Positions 1 to 14,007 of a DNA stretch of 64,000 nucleotides are shown piece after piece. Source of the stretch: Octopus sinensis (lineage: Eukaryota); the NCBI RefSeq assembly GCF_006345805.1, contig NC_043012.1:7626001-7690000 (forward strand), written 5' to 3'. The translations under genes and the position numbers were made by a program. How positions within the stretch are numbered: position 1 is the stretch's first letter; each line of letters starts with the position of its first letter. The notes under the pieces were generated by a model. The model was not told where the DNA came from and ran no database searches. It saw nothing but the letters and a program-made list of their open reading frames with translations.

Positions 1-1032
1 ACTGTAGAAACCGTGTCATGACTGATACTGGAGCTTGGCACAGCCCCTTGGCTTGCCACATTCTATCAAACCATGCAACCCATGCCAGCATGGACACAAC
101 AGTCACTAAATGATCATGATACACGCAGGTGTGTACACAGACATACACACACAACACAATTAGGGTTTTAAGAGTGTCCTATTAAAATGTTTTATGGGAT
201 TTGTTCCAGTACCTGAGTCAACCATTCTGGGTTCAGTGAATTAAATGCCAGATCAGAATGGTGAACTAATGGAATGGTAGAGCAAGATAATTTGCGAGTA
301 TCTCTTTTGAATGTGTTCTGCATTCAAATATTGCTTCCTATCACCAAAATGAGAGTCATTTGGGAGCCCATCACAAGCCCCCAGTAGGCTGGGGAAGTCC
401 TTATGTAACCAAAGTATTTCAGCTGATAACTCTTACTGCCAACATACCAGGTGGCAGAAGATAATGTAAAGTGATTTTCAAGTTTTGTTTTCCCCAACCA
501 AATTGTTTTAATGTCTACTTTTTCCATGCTTATGATGAAATTCATAGAGGCAGATTTTCTAAAGCTGGATGCTTTTCCTGATATCAACCCTCACCTGCCT
601 ATAAATAAGATATTTTCCCTAGTCCTTCAAACATGAACAGCATAATGGCTGTACATGTATTGATGGGAGATTGCAAACAAATGACACTGTTTGTATGATG
701 GTAACACTTGTTTAAAGCAGTTCATACATGTTAAGACTTGGAGGCAATGGAAAATAAATGTCTGACCTGATAACTTCAGTGAAGCCAACAACAACACCGC
801 ACATTTATGTGAAGACAAATTAAGGTAAAACATACATGAGTCCACCCATGGTGCATGTCCATTCATTGGTCAGAATACACACCATGTTCACTGATTGGTT
901 CAATTTCAAATCAGTTTTTCCTTAACAGAGACATGTACTGCAATACCAGTTGGTCATGCTGTTACTGTTATCAACGACCTGGACAATACCAAAGTGCATT
1001 GTGTGTGGTACATACATTCTGCTTGAATTCGA

Positions 1033-1066
<34 letters not shown>

Positions 1067-1067
1067 A

Positions 1068-1445
1068 GGCGCAGGAGTGGCTGTGTGGTAAGTAGCTTGC
1101 TAACCAACCACATGGTTCCGGGTTCGGTCCCACTGCGTGGCATCTTGGGCAAGTGTCTTCTGCTATAGCCCCGGGCCGACCAATGCCTTGTGAGTGGATT
1201 TGGTAGACAGAAACTGATAGAAGCCTGTCGTCTATATGTATGTGTTTGTCCCCCTAGCGTTGCTTGACAACCGATGCTGGTGTGTTTACGTCCCCGTAAC
1301 TTAGCGGTTCGGCAAAAGAGACCGATAGAATAAGTACTGGGCTTACAAAGAATAAGTCCCGGGGTCGATTTGCTCGACTAAAGGCAGTGCTCCAGCATGG
1401 CCGCAGTCAAATGACTGAAACAAGTAAAAGAAAAGAATAAAGAAT
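1068..1445 (+). mobile_element. SINE family A, full-length copy (tRNA-like head, CORE-like segment, central TA/TG microsatellite, 3' module, AAAGA tail)
   Basis: Head GGCGCAGGAGTGGCTGTGTGGTAAG (A-box-like) and GGTTCGGTCCC (B-box-like), CORE-like CTTGGGCAAGTGTCTT, end CAGCATGGCCGCAGTCAAATGACTGAAACAAGTAAAAGA; more than 20 similar copies in the window. Confidence 0.9.
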
Positions 1446-1847
1446 ATATGTGTGTATAATACTATGTGGCTGTTGGTCATAATGCCGGGGTGCATTGCTA
1501 GTACATTGTTATATTAGTTAAAGATTCAGGTAAAAACCTTGTAGAAAACTATGCACAGTTGTGGTTTTAAGTTTTGCCTGTAAACTGCTGAAAATGATAC
1601 CTTAGTTTGGATATATATTCTCACACTGAGTGAAATGACTGTACAGCTAATGAAGGCCTTATTTAAACAATCACCTGAGATGGTGCATTTTACATATGGA
1701 TGTATGATAATGGTTACACAACATCTCACTGATGTACTACAAGTGTAAAAATATGTTGAAACAATAGTAGTGATTTCAAATTAAGAATGTTGTTCATTCC
1801 ATTTTCTGTCACTTATCTATTTGTCTATATTATATATATATATATAT

Positions 1848-1978
1848 ATCATCATCATCATCGTTTAACGTCCGCTTTCCATGCTAGCATGGGTTGGACA
1901 GTTCAACAGGTTTTGGAAGCCAGGAGGCTGCACCAGGCCCAGTCTGAACTGGCAGTGTTTCTACAGCTGGATGCCCTT
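1848..1978 (-). mobile_element. Family C retroposon fragment with (GAT)n tail
   Basis: (CAT)n-CGTTTAACGTCCGCTTTCCATGCTAGCATGGGTTGGAC...CTGGATGCCCTT, matching copies at 13661 and 57111. Confidence 0.8.
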
Positions 1979-2544
1979 ACACACACACACACTACAATAG
2001 CCACAGGCCAACCAAAGCTTTGTGAGAGGATTTGGTAGACAGAAATTGAAAGAACCCTGTCATGTATATGTATGTATGTATTTGTGTGTCTGTGTTTACG
2101 TCCCCGTAACTGATAGAATAAGTGCTAGGCTTACAAAAAAAAGTCCTGGGGTCAGATCGTTCAAGTAAAGGCAGTACTCCAGCATGGCCACAGTCAAATG
2201 ACTGAAACAAGTAAAAGGATGTATATATACATGACAGGCTTCTTTCAGTTTCCAATTACCAAATCCACTCTCCAAGCTTTGGTCAACCTGGAGTGGGAGT
2301 GAGCCTAAAACCATTTGATTGCAAAGCAAACTTCTTAACCATGCAGCCACAAGAGATATGGCTGTGTGATTTGTTGGCCACATCGATTGAACTCATTTCA
2401 TGCCATCACCAGTTTTCTGGATTCTAGATCCATTTAGCTGTTGTTGGTTCACTACTGGATGAAAGCCTCATTATACTATTGCCAGCTTTTCTATGCTGGT
2501 CATTTATGGCTTGTTCAGGTTGCTTCTTTGATTGGGTAATATGA

Positions 2545-3070
2545 CAAATATTGGGTCTCATTATCACTGAGGATTTCTCCTGGCTAAAACACTTCCTTGA
2601 TACGGCTACCATTGTAACCCAATGATCGATCACTCTCTGTGGAGTCAGAAGCTACATAAACCCCCAACAATTATTGATACTTTACAAAGATCAAGTGAGG
2701 CTTGCAATGGTATATTGTGCCTACATCAGAGATGCTGCTGCTGCTCCACACAGACATCCTAAACTATATCCACAAAAGAGCCACCCAACTGATTGATATA
2801 GAGTCACTTGCACATACACTCCAACCTCAAGCCTGTGAGCAAACTGTCTCTTCTCTCTGATTTTACTACCTCTTCTATTAAGGCCTCTACTTTTTGGAGC
2901 TTGCTGGGCTCCTACTGCCTCCATTTAGGCATCCTTGTCCCACTCAGCTTTTCTTCTCTCATCCTTGTGACCCCACCGCCACCACCACCACCAGGCCCTA
3001 CACCAATCACTACAACCAATCTGTCTTTCTCACAGATTTTAACTTAGAAAAGTTCAAGTACAACGTTAAT
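2545..3070 (+). pseudogene. Decayed CR1/L2-group LINE reverse transcriptase, C-terminal region
   Basis: Manual translation QILGLIITEDFSWLKHF...SYINPQQLLILYKDQVRLAMVYCAYI...KRATQLI...SHP...SVFLTDFNLEKFKYNVN fits the LGV-x-L-x-W-x-H / LYKAQVRP-x-MEYC / FK-x-x-VN pattern of these ORF2 ends; stops and frameshifts present. Confidence 0.75.
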
Positions 3071-3486
3071 GTCATCATTGCCACTTGTCTAGGAAAGCCT
3101 GCAAAAGCCTTGAGCATGGTCTCTTCCAAACCCAACAAAGAAAATAAAAGGGAAAAATGACAGATTTTGATTGAATAGTCATTAGTAAGACTTGTCTGAT
3201 AGCCTACCAATTCTGCCAATTCATTGTCCTGAACTAATATTTTATTTATCAGTACCAATGGAATAAAAGATGTTGCTCTCAGCAAGGTTTGAACTCAGAT
3301 ACAGAATACAGTGAACTCAGGTACAGGACCAATATCATAAGTTATTGCCATGTGTGTGTATTATATTGGATATAATATATTCCATTAAGGGTACACAACT
3401 GGTCTTCCAGTTGCAACAGGTCAGCCTCAATTAAGCAGAGCTATGTATGACCAAAGAGGTTCCAGTATTGTACATTCTGCTCATCT

Positions 3487-3490
<4 letters not shown>

Positions 3491-3576
<86 letters not shown>
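3491..3576. repeat. (CT)n microsatellite
   Basis: About 85 bp of pure CT dinucleotide. Confidence 0.97.
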
Positions 3577-3581
<5 letters not shown>

Positions 3582-4159
3582 CCCCTCACTCCCCTCTTTC
3601 TCCCTCTTCCCCCTCCTCCCTCCAGGCATAGTGTATCAAGGACTTGCATGAGCAATCTTTTTGGGGGAAAGTGGGCCATATGAGATATGGCTGATCGTCA
3701 AGTGGGCCATACTGCAAAAAAAAAAACATTTCAAGGCAATTCATTATGTGTGCTATTCAGAATGTCCCACAGGCCACTGTTCAGTGTGTTCTATTTGTCA
3801 AGATGATAGAGTGTGATTTAAAGCAGATTTTGCTAGTATTTCTAGCAGGTAGAGTGACCAGCTCCCTTGTTAGCTTATGTGGTTGTTGTTGCAGGTGACT
3901 CTTACTGATTTTCTCTCTCTCCCTCCCCTCAAGATTTACAAGAGGAGCAGAATTTAGTGCTGGTCACTCTACCTTTGTATGTGTATATATATATAATGAC
4001 CAACTATTATATTTTCTGATGTATGAAACAAATGGTAGCTTGAATTTAAATCCGGTGTGTATCAAATAATATTTATCTCTCATTGTATAGAGTACTTTTG
4101 TATTGGTCCCACCAATAATGGAACTTTACATATCTCAATAAGGATAAAGATCCTTCCCA

Positions 4160-4384
4160 AGTCTCATAGGCCTGGTTTCTTGGTTTCTGTGGCACATATA
4201 TTCCCTACTGGATAGGACGCCAGTCCATCACAAGCTTGCTCATGTTTACCAATTAAGTGGACTAGAGTAACATGAAATGAGGTGTTTTGCTCAAGAATAC
4301 AACACATCACCTGGTCCAGGAATTAAACCCACCATCTTACAATCATATGTTGATACCCTAATCACTAAGCCACAAGCCCCCCAC
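4160..4384 (-). mobile_element. tRNA-derived SINE with V-domain-like segment
   Basis: Minus strand: GTGGCTTAGTGATTAG head, then GTGATGGACTGGCGTCCTATCCAG resembling the V-SINE core; related copies at ~30696-30930 and ~33260-33486. Confidence 0.65.
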
Positions 4385-6274
4385 GTGTATGTGCAATCTT
4401 TAACATAAGAGCTAAATCTATTTAGGTGACTCTTCGTCATATATTATATTTCTCTTGAGAAAATAATAATTTCATAACTGTATCAGTTATTATGAAGAGG
4501 TCAGCTCTATTTTCTTTGTAGCCCATAAATGTGGGTTGCTAGATCAGCTCAGTTGTCTGAGAATTAAGAAGACTAGAATGGAAACTGGTTTTCTGTTTAT
4601 GTTACATGATTTATTCAGAGGTGGAATGATTGTGTCTGTAAACTTTTCAGGTCTGAGACTTCTGGGTGGAAGGGACATAATTATTCTCAGTTTGGAAACC
4701 TTGCCCAAATTGGATTCTGCTAAAGACATTCAAGCACCAGCTGGTGGGTCAGATTAAATCTACCGTACAAAGAAAAAAAGCAGGGACAGTTTCTCTAGTG
4801 GGCTTCAACATGGTTTCCATTGACCAGATTTTACTCACAAAGACTTACAGAATGGTCATCATTTAACATCCATTTTCCATGATGGCATGGGCTGGACAGT
4901 TTCATATGAGCTGGAAAGCTGCACCAGGCTCCAATTGTCTGTTTTGACTTGGCTTCTGTGGATAGATGCCCTTTCTGATGCCAACCACTTCACAAAGTGT
5001 GCTGGATGCTCTTTATATGGCACCTTTTAAATTTCCTTTATCTGGTACAAGTTGCTTCTAATGTCACCAATAACATATATGATATAGGTGAAGCTGATAA
5101 ACCAAACTACTGGAAAACCCACAATCTTATCTTTACTTGTATGACCTCAGTATTACAAAAGTGTTTGATTTCTTCAAATTACTGCCAAAAGGTGCAGAGA
5201 TATTCTCCACAGGTATATGACATTTTACTTGTATTTATTTATTTATTCATTCATCTTACCTGAGACATTGTGTTACGGGATTGAATGTGAAGCCATGTAG
5301 CTAGAGTAAATTTCCTATCCATGAAGCTGTGACAAAGAGAACATAAAGTACCTTGTCAGGATCTTTTTTTCTTTGTGTGTGTGCGTGCATGCATACATTT
5401 TTTTTCTTCTTTTTACTCTACAACAAACAAGATTTTACATAAATTCAAAGACTAGATATAGTGGTGTAATACTTGAGAAGTTTTGTTGGTTGGTTGTTTT
5501 GTTAATGACTAATCAAAAAATTGTCAAGGCAAATATCCCCGAAAGAGGCGTGAGAACAGAATTATACATGCTGCTGTCAAAAAAATGTGGCTTTTCAGCA
5601 GTACAAGACACTCTGTAAAGAATAACAACAAGAAACTTTTTTTTTCCCATTTTCATGTTTTTTTCCTTCTTGTTTAGTTAGCTTGAGAAAATAGTTATTC
5701 TTGGACAGGTTTGAATCAGGACATTGCAGAATAACAGGGTGTTGTTGATTTTTATCATGTTCTAAGTAGCTTGACTTAAAGGACATAATATAGTGTAATT
5801 AACAAAGTGTAGGTTGTTGTTTAACCCCTGGCCAAAGTTGTTCCACCCCTGACACATGAATCTTTTGTATATTCACTACTTATATACATTGCCCAATGAT
5901 GATGATCATCATCATCATTTAACGTCTGTTTTGCTGGCATGGGTTGGACAGTTTGGCAAGCTGGAGAACTACACCAGGCTTCAATTGTCTGTTCTGGCAT
6001 GGTTTCTATGGGTGAATGCCCTTTCTAATGCCAAAACCTTACAAAGTATACAATGTTTTTTACATGATGCTAGCACAGGTGCTTTTTTCATGGCACCAGC
6101 ATTTCTTTTTAAGCAGTTTATGTGATTTGAGGGAGATCTAACTGTTCTTTCTGCGTGTCAAGTGACTGTTTGGCTTGTATGTTTCTATGTTTGAGGCTGT
6201 ATTATCATCGTTTGAATATCCACTTTTCTATGCTTGCATGTGTCAAATGGAATTTACTGAGGTAAATTTGGAAC

Positions 6275-6655
6275 AGTTAGTAAGTAGTTTGCTTACCAAC
6301 CACATGGTTCCTGGTTTATTCCCACTGCGTGGCACCTTGGGCAAGTGTTTTCTACTACAGCTTCAGGCCGACCAAAGCCTTGTGAGTGGATTTGGTAGAC
6401 AGAAACTGAAAGAAGCCTGTCGTATATATGTATGTATATGTGTGTATATGTTTGTGCCTGTGTTTGTCCCCCAACAGCACTTGACAATCAATGCTGGTGT
6501 GTTTACGTCCCCATAACTTAGTGGTTTGGCAAAAGAGACTGATAGAATAAGTACTAGGCTTACAAAGAATAAGTCTTGGGGTCGATTTGCTCGACTAAAG
6601 GCGGTGCTCCAGCATGGCCACAGTCAAATGACTGAAACAAGTAAAAGAGAGTAAA
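6275..6655 (+). mobile_element. SINE family A copy
   Basis: Colinear with 1068-1445. Confidence 0.88.
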
Positions 6656-7924
6656 ATGTAGTGTATATTACAGCAGGAATATGGTAACAAAAGAGTTAAG
6701 ATGGCCATGGACATATGGTTAAAAAATTTACGTCACAAGCCTGCAGTTTGGTCCTACATTTTGGCCCCTTAGGTATTTTGCTGCAACCTCAAGTTGATCA
6801 GTGCCAGAATGGAAAATTTGGAAAATAGAAACTGTTTGGAAACTTGTATTTATAAGTGTCTGTGACTCAGATTATGTCCTTCCGCGACAAAAAAAAAAAG
6901 ATATATAAATATAGTAAAGGTGATTTAGCTAATCTTTAGAGAATAATGAAATTAGTACTGGGAATGGTCATATGGTCTTTTATCTTTTATTTGTTTCAGT
7001 CAGATTGTGGCCATGCTGGGGCATGGCCTTGAAGAGTTTCAGTCAAGTGAATTGACCTCAGTTCTTATTCTGTTGGTCCCTTTTGCCGAACTGCTATGTT
7101 ATGGGGACATAAACACACTAATAAAAGTTAGTGGTTATCAGTTAGCATTAACTTCTGCTAATTGTTTTTTTACCTGTTTAGCATTTGCAAAGCTAACTTT
7201 TTAGTTAACAAATTAGTGGTTAGAGAAGCTAACTTTTTGGTTAGATGTGCCCACCACTGGTCGTCACCTTCTAGAAATGGTAGCTAAATTCCCTCAAACT
7301 GAAGTATTAAAAGTCTTGATATAACTATCAAGACACTTGGTGTGAGACTCTACCATATGTATATACAGTGAAAGCCCCTTATTACAATCATAGTTAATGG
7401 TCTCAGTTGGTTATTATCAAAGTTAGTGGGACATTGTTTTTGAAAAGATTTTATCCCCAAATGATCACAGTTTCCATTGTATATGTGTTCCCTTCTCCAT
7501 AGACCTTCTGGCCATACTTGCCTTTATAATATAAGGTAACCCTGAATCCCTCTATAACCCACCTCATCACCCTCTCTCACTAACCACTAACACTACTCTC
7601 TTCCCCCCTCTTCCTTCAATACTGCCTCTCCTAACAATGTCTACTCTGTTACTTCCTCCGCTCCCATAACTATCAGTTTGTTCTTCTTGTCATACTTCAC
7701 TTTCTCTCTCTCTGATCACCTTGTTTAAATATCCTCTCACTCTCCTATCTTCCTTCTGTTACAGAGGTCAGGTCCTTTTATGCCCTTTAGTCTTGCAAGT
7801 TACAAGATGGCCCCCATAAAAAATGCACTCGATACACTGTGAAAAGTGGTTGACACGAGGAAGGGCATCTGGCCATAGAAACCATACCAACACAGGTCTT
7901 TGAACATAAATAAATCATCTAACC

Positions 7925-8236
7925 TAATGGTTCTTAACCATTTTTTTATCTATGGTCCCATTTTGATAATTATTTTGTTTTGGTGGACCCCCATAGCCAT
8001 TTGATGTTTTACATATAGTTCTTTCAAAATTCCTGTTTTGTTAGTCACACGTTCCCTTGTTTAGGTTGAGATATGTAAAACATTTGAGAAAGAAACCTGG
8101 CTGTTTCTTGCAATAAGTATATCTAGAACAAAATTTTTTCCTGAACCCCTAAAATACGATTGTGTGGTCCCCGCCAACATTTTAGATGGACTCCCAGGAC
8201 TCCAAGGGTCATATGGCCCCCATTTGAGAACAACTG
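7925..8236. mobile_element. hAT (Charlie-like) MITE inserted in a family C element
   Basis: Ends TAATGGTTCTTAACC ... TTTGAGAACAACTG (degenerate CAGTGGTTCTCAA TIR); internal sequence shared with 21960-22435 and 30934-31569. Confidence 0.65.
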
Positions 8237-8519
8237 AATTAACTCAAGCCACCATGGAAAGCAGGCATTAAATGATGATGATGATGATGTGTGTATGTAT
8301 ATGCATGTATACACATTATATGTATTCATCTGAAATGGTAGAAAGAAAAAAAATTCTTTACATTTACGACTGAGTAATTCTACAACAGAGCGTGAAGTAG
8401 TAAAGTCTATGGTTTGTTAAATAAGTTAAATCTATTTTCTTTGGGTGATTTAAATCATCGTTGTTGTAACATATATGTAAAAATGTATATCATCTCTTAC
8501 CATAATAATTCATAAAATG

Positions 8520-8910
8520 CAATTATCACCATATCAATCTCAGCAACCAGTAGCAGTTAAGTCATTGTCTAATGCCAGTCTGTGAAATTAGAACCATTTT
8601 ATGCAATCACATTCTATAATTTCCAGACCAATTATGTTTTGCTCTGTAGATTCCATTATTGCTTTCAGTGAAATTTCTAAAGCGATTTACTGCTAGATTT
8701 GATTACAGTTGAAATGTTTAATGAAAGATTTGACTTCTTCACAAAGTTCTGGATGTTTTATTTTACCAAGCTCAAAGAATCACATAATTACTATTCGTAT
8801 CAAATCATATAATACTTGACTCCATTTCTGGAGACTGGTTTTATGAAGTTGGTACTTGTTTATTTTATTCCTAGCAGAAGCAAAAACATGTTCTGCTTCA
8901 CATCTCTTAC
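8520..8910 (-). pseudogene. Highly decayed hAT (Buster/Charlie-type) transposase C-terminus
   Basis: Minus-strand peptides KPVSRNG, KHPELCEEVKSFI and STEQNIIGLEIIECD resemble the hAT dimerization-domain pattern; many stops. Confidence 0.4.
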
Positions 8911-8964
8911 CATTTCCTTTCATTTGTCGATTGTTGAGTTGCGTGTTATGTATAGTCTACTCTA

Positions 8965-9377
8965 CACTCTCTTTACTCTTTTTACTTGTTTCAGTCATTT
9001 GACTGCGGCCATGCTGGAGCACCGCCTCTAGTCGAGCAAATCGACCCTGGGGCTTATTCTTTGTAAGCCCAGTACTTATTCTATCAGTCTCTTTCGCCGA
9101 ACCGCTAAGTGACGGGGACTTAAACAGACCAGCATCGGTTGTCAAGCAATACTAGGGGGACAAACACAGACACACAAACACACACACACACATATATATA
9201 TATACATATATACGACAGGCTTCTTTCAGTTTCTGTCTACCAAATCCACTCACAAGGCATTGGTCGGCCCGGGGCTATAGCAGAAGACACTTGCCCAAGA
9301 TGCCACGCAGTGGGACTGAGCCCAGAACCATGTGGTTGGTTAGCAAGCTACTTACCACACAGCCACTCCTGCGCCTA
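8965..9377 (-). mobile_element. SINE family A, full-length
   Basis: Reverse complement of the 1068-1445 type; ends CCACTCCTGCGCC. Confidence 0.9.
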
Positions 9378-10349
9378 TACATGATGATAATGTTTTACAT
9401 TTTTAAAAAGTTTCTATCCGTTTTCTTTTTCGCTCTCTCGTTTTAGTTTTGTCACTGTTATCTCCCTCATTATTGTCATCACCATCATGAAATCTTCATC
9501 ATCCCTACATGTGTCACCATTATTATTGTCACTACAATCATCATCACTAACAACATGTATGTTTGTGTGTTTGTCCCCTCACCCTCTGCTGCTTGACAAC
9601 TGTTCATGTCTGTGTGGTAAGAAACTTACTTCCTAACCTCATGGTCCCAGGTTCAGTTCCACTGCATGGCACATTGGGCATGTGGATTTGGTAGATAGGA
9701 ACTGAAAGAAGCCCCATGCATGTCCCACCATTGCTTGATAAATGATGGTGGTGTGTTTACATCCCTGTAACTTAGCAGTTTGGCAAAAAAGACCAATAGA
9801 ATAAATACCAATACTTGGAAAAAGAAAAAAAAAGAAATGCTAGGGTTTATTCATTTGACTAAAATTCTTCAGGGTGATGCTCCAGCATGGCTGCAGTCTA
9901 ATGACTGAAACAAGTAAAAGACCCCCATAACTTGGTGCAAAACTTTAAAGAAATCAGCAATGGGGTTGATTTGGCTAAACCTTTCAATGTGGTGATGCAG
10001 CATGGTTGCAGTCCAGTGGCTGAAACAAGTAAAAGATAGAAAATAGTTCATTTGGCTGGACTAACCTATTTCCTGACCTCAGAGATGAAGTCCAGTCCTT
10101 GGCAAACAGTTTAGGTATTGTTCATAGATAAACGGGACTGTCTGAAAACAATATTGAAGATTTTGTGATTTTAGTATATATTTATTCCTTGAATAATGCT
10201 TTATTTTCGGGCTCCTTCCATTTGGAGTTGTTTTTGTAGCTCTTCTTAATATCAGTATTTATTTTCCTTGTTTTATTTAACATTTTTTTCTTTTTAAAAT
10301 GGGTTGACACATGTTGCTGTAAATTCTTCATCGTCTTTATTAAAGATAG

Positions 10350-11310
10350 CAAGTCTTTTTGATCAGCTTAGTCTTTCATCCTTTTGGGGTTGATAAAATA
10401 AAGAACCAGTCAAGTACTGGAGTCAATGTAATCAACTAACCCACTCCCTAAAATTGCTAGCCTTGTACCAAAATTTGGAACCATCAAAGGCGGAAAACTG
10501 GTAGAATCATTAACATATTGGGCAAAATGCTTAGTAACATTTTTTTTTTCAAATTCCACTGAAGTTAGCTTTGCCTTCCATCTTTTAAGGACCAGTTGAG
10601 CACTAAGGTTGATGTAATTGACTGTCCCTCCTCCCCCGAAATTGCTGGTTTTGTGCCAAAAATTGAAACCATTAAAGGTGATAAGCTGGCATAATCATTA
10701 GCAGGATTTCATGTCTTTACATTCTGAGTTCAAATTCCACCAAGGCTGATGTTGTCTTTCATCCTTTCAGGGTTGATAAAATAAGTACCAGTTAAGCACT
10801 GGGGGTTGATGTAACTGATTAACCTGCTTCCCTCAAAATTGCAGGCCTTGTGCTTGTAGTAGGAAGAATAATTATTATTAAGGTGATAAGCTGGCAGAAT
10901 TGTTAGTGTGTCAGACAAAATGCTTAGCAACATTTCACCATCTTCACGTTCTGAGTTCAAATTCTGCCAAGGCCAATTTTGCTGTTCATTCTCTTAGAGG
11001 TCAATACAATTAAGAACCAGTCAAGTACCGAGGTTGATGTCATTGGCTTGCCCCCCCCTCATAATTACTGGCTTTGTGCCAAAATTCGAAAGTATTATAA
11101 GGGCAGTGAGCTGCTAGAATCATTAGCGCACTGGGCAAGATGCTTAGCAACATTTCTTTTGGCTCTTTATGTTCTGAGCTCAAATCTTGCTGAGATTGAC
11201 TTTAAATTTTGTCCTTTCTGGGTCGATAAAATAAATACCAATTTAGCAATGCAGTTGATGTTCTTTTCCCCCCAATAAAAATTACTGGCCTTATACCAAA
11301 ATTTGAAGCC
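10350..11310 (+). mobile_element. Head-to-tail array of about 5 diverged SINE family B copies
   Basis: Repeated unit GGTGATAAGCTGGCAGAAT...GAGTTCAAATTC...TTTCATCCTTTCAGGGTTGATAAAATAAGTACCAG...GGCCTTGTGC. Confidence 0.85.
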
Positions 11311-12552
11311 ATTTTTATTTTTATCATTAATTTGTGTTTTCCATGCTGGCATAGTTTGTATAAAAATAATTGTATAATCACCAGTGAAATAACTGTTTCC
11401 TTTTTTTTTTCCCCCCTGACATTTTCTTTTTCTTCTTTTGGTTTTAAAACATTAAAACTGCAAAAGACAGAGAAAGATACAAAATGGTCTGCAAAACTGA
11501 TTGTATTTGTAACAGTTGCTCAATCAATCAATGTCTGCAATCTCAGCATGTTTAAGACCCTTGCAGACATAGGTAGGATATAATTTTATTAATCTATGCC
11601 ATGCCGAAATTCTGACACTGTCATATTAATAGGCTGAAATAATTAATTGGGTGTCTATTACTTTAACCAATGATTTTTTATATTTTGTTTTGTATGTGTG
11701 TGTGTAAATTAACAATGATTCAGAACTCTTGGACTGATTCTGTTGTTGATAAAATAAACAACCAGCTTCCGTTACATCTCTGGAATATTTAACATCGTAT
11801 TTACATGAACTTGTGCAGAATTCTTCACCATGCACCATGTTGTGAATGGAAATTAATGTAATCAGTTCACCTAGTTTACAAATTCCAAGCACCCACATAT
11901 ATTTACCATTTGTTACTTTTTTTTTTTTGTTCTTGTGTTTCCATTTATCTTTTTCTTTCTTTTAAAAACCTTTTTGTCTGTTTTCTGTGCCAGCATGAGT
12001 TGCATGGTTTGACAGGAGCTGGCAAACGGGAGGGCTGCCACTGGCGCCATTGTCTGTTTTGGCATGATTTCTATGGCTAGATGCCCTTCCTAGTACCAAC
12101 CACTTTACAGTGTGTACTGGGTGCTTTTTATATGGCACCAGCATGGGTGTTTTTTACAAGAAAATTGTATGTTCCTGTTGCTATTAATCTTATAATTTGA
12201 TTTTTATACCCTCTATTGAAATAAAATCATTTCCCTTTTTGGTTTTGTTTTGTGTTTTATGTCATTTAGTCTGACGAGTAAAGGCAGTGCACTTTTCACT
12301 TTTCTTCTTGTAAAGTGGTGGTAGGATGAGATGAAGTTATTGGAAACTAGAACTGAATGTTTCTAACAGAGTAGCCTCCGCTTAAAGCATCCAAGGTCCA
12401 GGTGGTGATGCTAATCTGAGTGATGACTTTAAACGAGATTGATGATAGAATACACATTACAATCATCCAAGGTGCTCTGCAATAGATTTGAACCTAAAAC
12501 CATATACTTAAGCAAAATTCTTGATCTCATTGATTGAAGCTGCACATTTCAT

Positions 12553-12743
12553 TACTCTTTACTCTTTTACTTGTTTCAGTCATTTGACTGCGGCCATGCT
12601 GGAGCACCGCCTTTAATCGAGCAACTCGACCCCAGGACTTATTCTTTTGTAAGCCCAGTCTCTTTTGCCGAACCGCTAAGTAACGGGGACATAAACACAC
12701 CAGCATCGGTTGTCAAGCAATGCAAGGGAGACAAACACATACA

Positions 12744-12797
<54 letters not shown>

Positions 12798-12981
12798 ATA
12801 TATATATACATATATACGACGGGCTTCTTTCAGTTTCCGTCTACCAAATCCACTCACAAGGCATTGGTCGGCCTGAGGCTATAGTAGAAGACACTTGCCC
12901 AAGGTGCCACGCAGTGGGACTGAATCCGGAACCATGTGGTTGGTAAACAAGCTACTTACCACACAGCCACTCCTGCGCCTA
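12553..12981 (-). mobile_element. SINE family A, full-length
   Basis: Colinear with the family consensus; long (TA)n centre. Confidence 0.9.
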
Positions 12982-13660
12982 TAGCCACTGTTCTTTTGGA
13001 AAAGACTTGAACATCACACCATTTGAAGAATATTAAAGATATTAAGAGTGAAGACAGTTAGTCATTGTTCCACCACTTCATAGAAGAAGCAATAGCTACC
13101 CCCCCACACCAATTCTATAAAGTTCCAAACTTATATTCTTTAAGCAGTTTCATCCAGCTATCAGCCCTGTCCTACAGCAAATATTAAAGTGTGAAATGTA
13201 TGTACAATTATATTTAACATGTTCTTGTACTCTTGGACATGAGAATCCCTTTTACTGCAAAAATAGTCTCTGGAGAAAATGCTCCTTACAGACAATGTGT
13301 GAAAATACATCCATCGGGCGACAGCATCATTAAAACATTTAGTGTTACATCATGCACCTCCAGTTAATTAATTCCAGCTTCATCAAGTTTTGAATACATA
13401 CGCAAATCTATTATTTACTGTTCTTGTATATTTGTATGTAAGAACTACTGTTCTTACAGGGCTGTGGATCAACTGATTTTGTATTTGTAACTGATGAAGC
13501 TAAACGATACTGAAACATGTGTCCTATGATCTGATGACATCATTCATAGTTTGATGATGTTTCTTAACACATGTGGTCTTTGGAGGAAATTCCCCTCAAA
13601 GACAATTTCTACAGTGAAAGGCATTCCCATGTCTGAGTCTACATGAACTTCAATATGATT

Positions 13661-14007
13661 CATCATCATCATCATCATCGTTTAACGTCTGTTCTCCATG
13701 CTAGCATGGGTTGGACGGTTCGACCAGGGATCTGGGAAGCCAGAAGGCTGCACCAGGCCCAGTCTGATCTGGCAGTGTTTCTACAGCTGGATGCCCTTCC
13801 TAACGCCAACCACTCCGTGAGTGTAGTGGGTGCTTTTTACATGCCACCGGCACAGGTGCCAGGCGAGGCTGGCAATGGCCACGATCGGATTGGTGCATTT
13901 TACGTGCCACCGGCACAGAAGCCAGTCTTGGCGGCACTGGCATCGGCCACGTTCGGATGGTGCTTTTTAACATGCCACAGGCACGGAAGCCAGTCTAGGC
14001 GGCGCTA
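13661..14007 (-). mobile_element. Family C element with three internal ~63-66 bp tandem units
   Basis: (CAT)n tail, GGATGCCCTTCCTAACGCCAACC motif, unit GGTGCTTTTTACRTGCCACCGGCAC... repeated three times at 13829-14007. Confidence 0.85.

Noticed and set aside
324-587. 87-aa ORF containing LKYFGYI
   Set aside because: Only a faint resemblance to an RTE C-terminal motif; too weak to call
1068-1140. tRNA gene
   Set aside because: A/B-box-like motifs only; multicopy SINE head without a complete cloverleaf
1275-1345. Possible HDV-like ribozyme in the SINE A 3' module (TTTACGTCCCCGT)
   Set aside because: Could not build consistent P1, P2 and P3 pairings by eye
3441-3683. ORFs with RE/SL repeats
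   Set aside because: Translations of the (CT)n microsatellite
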